NCBI RefSeq assembly: GCF_025561445.1
Contig: NZ_CP095096.1
Span: 141,822 to 165,821, forward strand
DNA length: 24,000 nt
Direction of reading: 5' to 3'
Source: Staphylococcus sp. IVB6181
Lineage (GTDB): Bacteria > Bacillota > Bacilli > Staphylococcales > Staphylococcaceae
In this document: in pieces, positions 8,629 to 15,724 of the stretch
Layout: each line of letters begins with the position of its first letter
Numbering within the stretch: the stretch's first letter is position 1
Made by a program: the position numbers and the translations under genes
Notes under the pieces: model-generated
Seen by the model: only the letters and a program-made list of their open reading frames with translations
Databases searched by the model: none
What the model was told of the DNA's origin: nothing

Positions 8629-9702
8629 ATGTCTTGCACAACAGAGTTGTTGGAGGCTTTAGTAGAGTTTAATAGTGCGAATCAAGCTATGGCGAATAAG
8701 ACAATCGATTTTTGCGAACAATGGCTGAAAGACAAAGGATTAGAAGCTGAAGTGCTAATCAATGAAGGGTATAAGATGCTGGTTTGTACAGTAGGTAAAG
8801 GTGAACAGAAGATAATTTTCAATGGACATGTGGATGTGGTAAGCGGTGAACCATATCAATTTCAGCCTGAAGTAAAGGATGACAAAATGTATGGACGCGG
8901 AACTGCAGATATGAAAGGCGGACTTTCTGCCATGATGGCAGCCATCACTGAGTTGAGTACATTAGACTTAGGCAATACCTCAGTTCAGCTGCATATTGTG
9001 TCTGATGAAGAAACCGGAGGTAACTTCTGTACTTCTTATTTAGTCGATAACGGTTATTTAGGCGACTTTGCGATTTGCGGTGAACCTACGCAATTAGGTG
9101 TAGGCTATAAAGCAAAAGGTGTTTTGCAAATGGATATGTTCTTTGAAGGCAAACCTGCACACGGCAGCAGGCCGTGGGAAGGTGACAATGCGATCATAAA
9201 AGCTTTTAAGACATATGAAGCTATAAAAGAACTGCCGTTCGCAAAAGTTTCGAGTGATTTATATGATGCCCCTTCAATCAATCTTGCTAAAATACTCGGC
9301 GGTGATGCTTATAATAAAGTACCGCAAAAGTGTGAGATGAATGTTGATATACGCTATTTGCCAGAACAATCCAGTGCAGAGATACTTGAAGAAATAAAAG
9401 AGATTACAGATGCCAACGTCAAGATTCATTATGAAGCTGTGCCGGTTAATAATGATATTGAAAGCAAGCCTATGCAGCTAATGCTAAGTTGTATCGAAGC
9501 AGCAACCCATTCTTCACCAAAAGTCTTCGGTCAGCATGGTACTTCTGATGCGGCTTATTATTTAAAACATGATGTACCAGCAATAGAGTTCGGACCTTCT
9601 GGTTCAGATTGGCATGGGGAAGGGGAGTATGTTGAACTGAAATCTATAGAATCATACCAAACAATTCTCGTTAATTTCGTACAAAGCTTCAGCCGAAAAT
9701 AA
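8629..9702 (+). CDS. M20-family metallopeptidase/deacylase (ArgE/DapE-like)
   Basis: 357 aa. Metal-binding motifs NGHVDVV, GRGTADMKGG and VSDEETGG. Shine-Dalgarno sequence TAGGAGGGG. Confidence 0.88.
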   Translation: MSCTTELLEALVEFNSANQAMANKTIDFCEQWLKDKGLEAEVLINEGYKMLVCTVGKGEQKIIFNGHVDVVSGEPYQFQPEVKDDKMYGRGTADMKGGLSAMMAAITELSTLDLGNTSVQLHIVSDEETGGNFCTSYLVDNGYLGDFAICGEPTQLGVGYKAKGVLQMDMFFEGKPAHGSRPWEGDNAIIKAFKTYEAIKELPFAKVSSDLYDAPSINLAKILGGDAYNKVPQKCEMNVDIRYLPEQSSAEILEEIKEITDANVKIHYEAVPVNNDIESKPMQLMLSCIEAATHSSPKVFGQHGTSDAAYYLKHDVPAIEFGPSGSDWHGEGEYVELKSIESYQTILVNFVQSFSRK

Positions 9703-9832
9703 AAAAGAATGAAAAAATCTTAGGAAATTAAAAACAGTATAAGCCTTGTCAAATCAACACTTGTTACACGACCGTCACTCTTACTTCAGACAAACGGCAG
9801 TCTGACCTTTGGGTTTAAAATATTACTCTAAG

Positions 9833-9877
9833 CTAAAAAAGGAAGTATCGTTACCTAAATATAGGTATTGATACTTC
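9833..9877 (-). terminator. Intrinsic terminator downstream of the NERD gene
   Basis: Stem GAAGTATC (9842-9849) / GATACTTC (9870-9877) with inner TACCTA/TAGGTA pairing. On the minus strand the hairpin is followed by CTTTTTT. Confidence 0.6.
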
Positions 9878-9952
9878 AAGCTTTGTTTGTATTAAAAAGA
9901 AGAAAGAGGAAGGTAGTTATATTTATGTGATTATTATTGGTAGAGCATTGGG

Positions 9953-10684
9953 TTAGTGGATATTAATAATTGTTGCATCGTTATTAGCAAATTTATTCAA
10001 GGTCTCACAATGAGACATAATTGTGGCACTGTCCATATTTTTACGTGACTTGTTTCTTTGGATTTTCTTTCGGATTATCGTGCTCAATTCTTGTTCTGAT
10101 GAAGGTGTTTCAACATACTTATAAGCATTGCCGACGAATAGTTCACCTTCTCCCCTATGGTTAAAATAAATAATGTTTTCGATGAAGTCAGTTTTTAGTA
10201 CACTTTGGCAAAATGTTGTAGATTTCATTACTTGTTGGAAGGGATGTCCATATTTTTTGAATTGAAATTGATTGTTTTCATTACAAAGTATAAAGGTCAT
10301 ATAACTATCATCGTTGTCAGTGAATAAGTATTTTTTCAAACCATCAAGATTATAGTCTTTTAAATTATCTTTGTGGAAGTTAAAGTAAATATCGCCTTTC
10401 CAATGTTTGGTTTCTATTGCAAAGAAACCATGATCACAGATGACAAAGTGATCTACTTGATGAATTTCTTCTTCATTTTCAACAATAATATTATTATATA
10501 TTGCATAGTTTTTTATAAGCTTTTCTTCTTTTAAATTGAGAAATAACTTTTGCAGATGATTACTTGTTATTTGCTCTCCGATATTGAGTGATGACTGTAA
10601 CAAGTGTTCAAGTGTTTTCACCTTTTTATTTAGCTGTGTGTTTTGCTGCTGGAGTGATTCTAGTGAATTGTTGTGCATAGGCAT
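9953..10684 (-). CDS. NERD (nuclease-related domain) protein with N-terminal coiled coil
   Basis: 243 aa. NERD / PD-(D/E)xK-like core VDHFVICDHGFFAIETKHWKG. Shine-Dalgarno sequence GGAGGGA 5 nt upstream of the ATG. Divergent from the helicase operon. Confidence 0.75.
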   Translation of the reverse strand: MPMHNNSLESLQQQNTQLNKKVKTLEHLLQSSLNIGEQITSNHLQKLFLNLKEEKLIKNYAIYNNIIVENEEEIHQVDHFVICDHGFFAIETKHWKGDIYFNFHKDNLKDYNLDGLKKYLFTDNDDSYMTFILCNENNQFQFKKYGHPFQQVMKSTTFCQSVLKTDFIENIIYFNHRGEGELFVGNAYKYVETPSSEQELSTIIRKKIQRNKSRKNMDSATIMSHCETLNKFANNDATIINIH

Positions 10685-10830
10685 GTATTCCCTCCGTAGT
10701 TAATAGTATTATAGAAAAAGTTTTTTGCAATAGTGTTTAATTACAAAAGTACAATGATACAATAGGGGTTGCATACAATTATTTGACCATCTGATTTAGT
10801 TCAAAGCTATTATGAATGGGAGGAGTTAAA

Positions 10831-12360
10831 GTGTCAATACCAAAGCTGATTGGACATCAAACTGAAATTCTATATGTGCCAGATAATCAAAACATGGTAA
10901 TTACTGGTAGTGCTGGATGTGGTAAATCATTATTAGCTATTTATCGTATTTATTGGCTCTCTAAAAAGTATCCAACAGAAAGCATAGTATTGTTAACCTT
11001 TAATAGAGCAGTTAACGATGATATGAATCGTAAACTAAAATACTTAGCAGAGCAATGGGGAGATGGGTTACCTCAGAATTTGACAATAATGACCTATCAT
11101 AAATTTATGAGAGAAGTATTACAGAAATTAGTTGCAAATTACTCTGACAGATACTATGAATTGAACAAATACATAGGTTCAAAAAAATTGATACCTTACA
11201 ATAGTAATAGGAATGTACAAATTAAAGCAGCATTAGAAAAAGTTAAAGAAAAATATAGTGATGAAGATGAAAGTACGTTTAATCGCCCATTACAAACATT
11301 TATTGATGAAGTAATTTGGCTACAACAAATGTCAGTGGATTCATATGAGATGTATGAAGAAATGGAACGCATTGGCAGAAGAGGGACACGTGTAGAGCGG
11401 TCTAAACGCAAATATTTTTATGAAGTATATGAAGCGTATTTAGGGATAAGACAAGAGGAAAATCGTTATTTTGATTTTGAAGATATTGGATCGATAATTT
11501 GTAAAATTATTGAAAAGCTCAAAGATGAACCTAATATTGAAACACTTACGAGTTATAAGTATATATTAGTGGATGAGTTTCAAGATTTTACTTCGGATAT
11601 GTTGAAAACAGTTAATGTATTAAGTGATAGCACAGGAGCAATGGTTCTATTGGGAGATATTAATCAAGGTGTATTCGGAAAAAGGATCTCTTATAAGTCT
11701 TTAGGTATAGATATGAGGAGTTATAAAAAGTATCAGCTCAATCAAAATTATCGAAATAGTAAGCCAATTAGTGAGTTTGCATTGAAACTATCTCAATCTA
11801 AGTATTTTGATAAAAGTAATGAGTTCTATGCAGAGGCTAAACTAGGGGTTGGAGAAGGACCTAAACCTAAAATTATGAAGTACGATAACGAAAGCGACGA
11901 ACTAACAATGATGTATCAGTTTCTTTCAAGTAATACCATTCAGCAGACGGATAGAAGTGTTTGTGTCATTTTACCAACAATCAAAGCACAAGAATTTACA
12001 GGTTATATGAAACATCATGGGCTAAATGTAGTGAGTGTTAAAGATAAAAATAAATTTGAAATAAGTAAATTATTCTATGGAACATATCGAGAAATAAAAG
12101 GTCTGGAGTTTGATATTGTCATTATGCCATTTTTAAGCGAATCTATATTTATTGAAAGTATTATGAATGACAACAAAGAACTTGAAATTGATAAAGATGA
12201 TTGGGACTTAGAAGATATAGACGATGAAATTTTAGAGGCATATATTGCTCAATATTATGTCGGTGTAACGCGTGCTAAGGAAAAGTTAGTGATTATTCAT
12301 TCAGGAAATAGAACTCCACTTATGCCTGAAGATTTATTTGGTGAATATGTTGAAGAATAG
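10831..12360 (+). CDS. UvrD/PcrA/Rep-like SF1A helicase
   Basis: Motifs present: Walker A GSAGCGKS, Ia LLTFNRAV, II YILVDEFQDFT, III LLGDINQGVF, IV LNQNYRNS, V EIKGLEFDIVIM, VI YVGVTRAKEKLVII. The GTG at 10831 sits 5 nt after GGGAGGAG. The ORF-track ATG at 10816 lies inside that Shine-Dalgarno sequence, so it is less likely to be the start. Confidence 0.88.
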   Translation: MSIPKLIGHQTEILYVPDNQNMVITGSAGCGKSLLAIYRIYWLSKKYPTESIVLLTFNRAVNDDMNRKLKYLAEQWGDGLPQNLTIMTYHKFMREVLQKLVANYSDRYYELNKYIGSKKLIPYNSNRNVQIKAALEKVKEKYSDEDESTFNRPLQTFIDEVIWLQQMSVDSYEMYEEMERIGRRGTRVERSKRKYFYEVYEAYLGIRQEENRYFDFEDIGSIICKIIEKLKDEPNIETLTSYKYILVDEFQDFTSDMLKTVNVLSDSTGAMVLLGDINQGVFGKRISYKSLGIDMRSYKKYQLNQNYRNSKPISEFALKLSQSKYFDKSNEFYAEAKLGVGEGPKPKIMKYDNESDELTMMYQFLSSNTIQQTDRSVCVILPTIKAQEFTGYMKHHGLNVVSVKDKNKFEISKLFYGTYREIKGLEFDIVIMPFLSESIFIESIMNDNKELEIDKDDWDLEDIDDEILEAYIAQYYVGVTRAKEKLVIIHSGNRTPLMPEDLFGEYVEE

Positions 12361-12370
12361 GAGGTAAAAA

Positions 12371-13072
12371 ATGTTTGAATCAATTTTAAAAGAGCGTGAA
12401 ATTACGAGATTATGTCACTTCACTAAATCTAAAAACTTACCTTTTATTTTAGGTGAAGGCATAGATAGTGACGATGGTATTCTAGCGAACAATTTTATAT
12501 CTGATACTTCCTTTCTCGATAAAACAGATAAAGATAGATATGATAAGCATGAAGATTACATATGCACTTCTGTGCAGTATCCGAACTGCTATTATTTTTC
12601 ATCAGTATTAAAGAGAAGTATTAATCAGATTTTTAATGAATGGGTTATTTTATTAATAGATCCAAAAGTTATTGATCAAACTACTAAATTTTGTTCGGTT
12701 AATGCTGCTACGAAAGGGGGAACATTAATAGAAAAGGGTCCTGAAGCATTAGAAAAAATGTTTGATGAAGTAGTAGTAGGAAAAACCGACTTTTATAGAC
12801 CAGATAGTTATCCAGATAATACCCCGACTAATATACAAGGTGAAGTATTGGTATACAAAAAAGTAGCAAAAGAAGATATTATTGGACTTGTCTTTCCAAC
12901 TGATAAAATTGCTGAGAATGAATGTTTACGGTTAGAACTTTGTGGTGTGAATATCAAAGATTATGATATTGTTTCGTCCAGCGATTTATTTGAAAAGAAA
13001 GAAGTGGTGAAATTATTAAAAAAAGGTGAGTTGCCTTATGAAAAGGTGATGAAAATAAGTAATCATGGCTGA
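12371..13072 (+). CDS. DarT/DUF4433-like ADP-ribosyltransferase (putative toxin/effector)
   Basis: 233 aa. The motif order matches the DarT-type ART fold: ITRLCHFTKSKNLPFIL (His16), DYICTSVQYPNCYYF, KFCSVNAAT, and catalytic-type QGEVLVY (Glu158, nt 12842-12844). AGGAGG Shine-Dalgarno sequence. 10-nt gap after the helicase stop. Confidence 0.65.
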   Translation: MFESILKEREITRLCHFTKSKNLPFILGEGIDSDDGILANNFISDTSFLDKTDKDRYDKHEDYICTSVQYPNCYYFSSVLKRSINQIFNEWVILLIDPKVIDQTTKFCSVNAATKGGTLIEKGPEALEKMFDEVVVGKTDFYRPDSYPDNTPTNIQGEVLVYKKVAKEDIIGLVFPTDKIAENECLRLELCGVNIKDYDIVSSSDLFEKKEVVKLLKKGELPYEKVMKISNHG

Positions 13073-13727
13073 TAGATATGTATATTATATAGATAATCAA
13101 AGCTCGAAATTTATGAAAGAAAACATTACATTTCAATGGTATCCTGGATTTGCAAAAAAGCAAAAACAAAAGAGCGTGGTTAGTTTACACGAAGCATTTT
13201 TGTCATGTTTTCCTACCTCCAATGTACTTGAAGTATCGAGTAAATCTACAAATTCGGTGGGGGTTCAGGCAAGTGCATTCAATCTCAGTATTCAGACGGT
13301 AAAAGGACACACATTTACAGTTGAACAATTATTTCAATCTAGTAAAGTTTATAAAAAAGCAGGACGACACAACTATATGTTGAGAGACGGCTATACATCA
13401 CGAGAGATGAAATTAAAATTAAAGCAAATAGACTCAAATGATGTAATGATTAGTTACCACTGCTTCGGAAGAGATTTCAAGTTGGAGCCCAAAACACTTT
13501 TCTATAATTGGTTATATGTTAATGCGTTAACTCAAAATGAAAAACTCGCTAATGAAATTCTAAAATATGATGCGTTTACTGATATAGAATTCAACCCTAA
13601 ACGTTCCTATAATTGTCAGGCAGAAGCATGCTCTATTTATGTTTCACTTGTTAAAAGAGGTTTGTTAAATAAAGCATTAGAGAATTTGGAATCATTTGAA
13701 AGTGTTGTTTATGGTAAAGGTGAGTGA
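13065..13727 (+). CDS. Hypothetical protein translationally coupled to the ART gene (candidate antitoxin/partner); family not recognised
   Basis: 220 aa. Its ATG overlaps the ART stop codon (ATGGCTGA, 8-nt overlap). I could not see any macrodomain, NADAR, PARG or ARH signature. Codon usage is consistent with the neighbouring genes. Confidence 0.6.
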   Translation: MADRYVYYIDNQSSKFMKENITFQWYPGFAKKQKQKSVVSLHEAFLSCFPTSNVLEVSSKSTNSVGVQASAFNLSIQTVKGHTFTVEQLFQSSKVYKKAGRHNYMLRDGYTSREMKLKLKQIDSNDVMISYHCFGRDFKLEPKTLFYNWLYVNALTQNEKLANEILKYDAFTDIEFNPKRSYNCQAEACSIYVSLVKRGLLNKALENLESFESVVYGKGE

Positions 13728-13949
13728 AACTGAAATTTTATGATGAAAGATAATGAAATAGACAAGTAAGACTACGGATCCTTATACAAAATGAGTGGAA
13801 AACATCGTATAAATTTAATCGATATAACATTTCTTTACTTTAAAGGAATTATGATAATTTTAGTAATCTAATTCCAAATAACTTTAATAGAAAAACACAT
13901 TTGGATAACTTAAAAAGACATCCTGACATGGTCAAATAGTAGTTTGAAC

Positions 13950-13983
13950 TGCTCCCTGTCAAGTAGACAGGAAAAAAACAAAA
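13950..13983. repeat. IS terminal inverted repeat (orfB-distal end)
   Basis: TGCTCCCTGTCAAGTAGACAGGAAAAAAACAAAA matches the reverse complement of 15740-15773 at 28/34 positions. Confidence 0.8.
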
Positions 13984-14021
13984 AATAATTTATTGGGAAT
14001 CTGATAAACAAATTTTAAGTT

Positions 14022-14065
14022 ACTGTACAAATGAGTTGATAAATCTCGTTTGTACAGTTTTTTTA
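14022..14065 (+). terminator. Strong intrinsic terminator inside the IS 3' non-coding region, oriented against the transposase genes
   Basis: 14-bp stem ACTGTACAAATGAG (14022-14035) / CTCGTTTGTACAGT (14045-14058), 9-nt loop, then a run of seven T. Confidence 0.75.
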
Positions 14066-14092
14066 TTCTCCTAGCGCACTATCGTTTGCTTG

Positions 14093-14141
14093 ATCTGGTA
14101 AAAAAAGTGGTGCGCTACGCACACTACTTCTTTTACCAGAT
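14093..14141. repeat. Long imperfect hairpin/inverted repeat within the IS, downstream of orfB
   Basis: ATCTGGTAAAAAAAGTGGTGCG - CTA - CGCACACTACTTCTTTTACCAGAT. On the minus strand the inner stem is followed by TTTTTTT, so it may act as the orfB terminator. Confidence 0.5.
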
Positions 14142-14167
14142 TATTTAGGGTAGACATTAGTTAGAAG

Positions 14168-14956
14168 TTAAGCAATTAATCTTTCCATTTCCAAAGTAAT
14201 TCTCTCATTGTTGTAAAAATCAATGTATTCTTTAAACTGCGAGCGTGCAGTTTTTATATCCTTGAATTTATAATGTCTATTACCGCGATAAATTTCTGAT
14301 TTCATTATTCCCCAAAATGATTCCATTGGACTATTATCTATGCATCGTCCGACTCGTGACATGCTTTGAATAACACCTTGCTCATCGAGCAAGAATTTAA
14401 AATGTTTGCTTGTATATTGAAAACCTCTGTCGCTATGTAGTATTAAGCCGCTTATATTTTTCACTTTCTTTAACGCTTTATTGAAAGTATTAAAAACCAG
14501 CTGATTGTTATTTGAATAACTTATATCATAGCTTACAATTTTACCTGTTCCGAGATCTCTGATAGCGCTTAAATAAAATTTCCTTCCATTTTCTAAAATA
14601 AGTTCTGTCACATCTGTTACCCATTTTTTGTTAGCTTCCGTTTCACTAAATTCTCTATCTAATAAATTCTCTGCAGTAATAGTAGGTGTTGAGGGTCTAT
14701 ATCTTTTTCTTGCAGCACGTATGCAAGATTTTAGACCTAATTTTTTCATTAAACGATATACTCGTTTACGACTTACTTTTTTATCCAGTCTTAAACAGAT
14801 ATATATACGAATACGACGATAACCATATTTACCGTTGTATTTATTGAAAATCCACAAGATTTCTTTCATTAATATTTCATCTTCAATTTCACGCTGTGTT
14901 TTAAATTCTCTTCTCTTTCTCCACTTATAATAACTGGCTCTAGAAATTCCAACCAC
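14168..14956 (-). CDS. IS3-family transposase OrfB (rve/DDE catalytic domain), normally made as an OrfAB fusion
   Basis: DDE triad context WVTDVTE, LHSDRGFQYTS, DNSPMESFWGIMKSE. The frame stays open upstream of 14956 to the slippery site at 15064-15070 (..KKVEGERKRADQSPFRQIVEYLVIEDLKNEYPITLLCKVVG..). Confidence 0.9.
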   Translation of the reverse strand: MVGISRASYYKWRKRREFKTQREIEDEILMKEILWIFNKYNGKYGYRRIRIYICLRLDKKVSRKRVYRLMKKLGLKSCIRAARKRYRPSTPTITAENLLDREFSETEANKKWVTDVTELILENGRKFYLSAIRDLGTGKIVSYDISYSNNNQLVFNTFNKALKKVKNISGLILHSDRGFQYTSKHFKFLLDEQGVIQSMSRVGRCIDNSPMESFWGIMKSEIYRGNRHYKFKDIKTARSQFKEYIDFYNNERITLEMERLIA

Positions 14957-15015
14957 CTTACATAACAGAGTTATTGGATATTCATTTTTTAAGTCTTCTA
15001 TTACAAGGTACTCAA

Positions 15016-15720
15016 CTATTTGTCTAAACGGCGATTGATCAGCTCTCTTTCTTTCTCCTTCAACTTTTTTAAAATCTTGTTTTCCATTTCTAAGTATTTG
15101 ATTCTTTCTTCAAGAGCTTTTGTTTTAGCTAATGCTTGTTCTTCATCAGTCATTGTCTGAGTTGGCTTACCTTTACCTCTTCCGTCTACAAGACCGGCAC
15201 TTCCAAATTGTTCATATTTTTTAACCCAACTATATACTTGGCCATAATTAACATTATATTTTAAAGCTGTTTTCTTATAATCTTTTTCTGACTCAATACA
15301 TGCTTCTACTATTTCTACACGTTCTTCGAACGTTGTTTTTCTCGCTTTCATTGAATACACCCCTAGTAATGGAGAATATGAAACATTCTCTTTTCCTAAA
15401 GTATATCGTTTTATCCAATCCCTAACAGTAGAATATGCTGGAATATTATATTTTATTGCTAAATCAACAGCAGAAACACCTTCAGTTAAGTATTCCTGAA
15501 CAATTGTTTCTTTAAATGCTTTACTATAAGTATTATTGCTTTTCTTTGGTAATAGTACCTCAACGCCATGTACTTTATATTGGTGATATTTAAACATCAC
15601 CTGTTTACGATTTAATTCTATACCACTCTTTTCTATAGCTTCATTACAACTATAACCTTCATCTATTAAACTAAATGTTAAGAGAAATAATTTAATGTCA
15701 CTTTCGAGATATTTAGACAT
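15016..15720 (-). CDS. IS3-family transposase OrfA (multi-HTH DNA-binding protein with C-terminal leucine-zipper-like helix)
   Basis: 234 aa. HTH-like segments (SAVDLAIKYNIPAYSTVRDWIKRY; KKTALKYNVNYGQVYSWVKKY) and C-terminal heptads LEERIKYLEMENKILKKLKE. Shine-Dalgarno sequence GGGGGAG. Confidence 0.9.
   Translation of the reverse strand: MSKYLESDIKLFLLTFSLIDEGYSCNEAIEKSGIELNRKQVMFKYHQYKVHGVEVLLPKKSNNTYSKAFKETIVQEYLTEGVSAVDLAIKYNIPAYSTVRDWIKRYTLGKENVSYSPLLGVYSMKARKTTFEERVEIVEACIESEKDYKKTALKYNVNYGQVYSWVKKYEQFGSAGLVDGRGKGKPTQTMTDEEQALAKTKALEERIKYLEMENKILKKLKEKERELINRRLDK
15064..15070 (-). promoter_or_regulatory. Programmed -1 ribosomal frameshift heptamer A_AAA_AAG (orfA to orfB)
   Basis: The minus strand reads ttA AAA AAG in the orfA zero frame. 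A -1 shift here joins in frame to the open orfB frame. Confidence 0.8.
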
Positions 15721-15724
15721 AAGA

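Noticed and set aside
10816-10830. ATG at 10816 as the helicase start (ORF-track call MGGVK...)
   Set aside because: The ATG lies within the GGGAGGAG Shine-Dalgarno element. The GTG at 10831 has ideal 5-nt spacing from that element. The difference is only 5 codons and cannot be settled without N-terminal data.
11196-13169. Minus-strand 71-aa ORFs (11196-11411 and 12954-13169) within the helicase and ART/ORF3 genes
   Set aside because: They are antisense to motif-supported or tightly coupled CDSs and have no Shine-Dalgarno sequence. They are AT-rich shadow frames.
13791-13871. 26-aa ORF MSGKHRINLIDITFLYFKGIMIILVI with a hydrophobic tail (type I toxin-like?) between ORF3 and the IS
   Set aside because: It has no Shine-Dalgarno sequence upstream and no flanking antisense-RNA-type structure that I could see. 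Short hydrophobic ORFs arise easily in AT-rich DNA.
14146-14160. Third copy of the GTAGACA core (TAGGGTAGACATTAG), first considered as the IS end next to orfB
   Set aside because: Only the 7-mer and a few flanking bases match (about 11/15). The 34-bp repeat at 13950-13983 with TG termini is a far better inverted repeat, so this is probably chance or an internal site.
14628-14822. Plus-strand 64-aa ORF inside IS orfB
   Set aside because: It is antisense to the DDE transposase frame and has no start signals.
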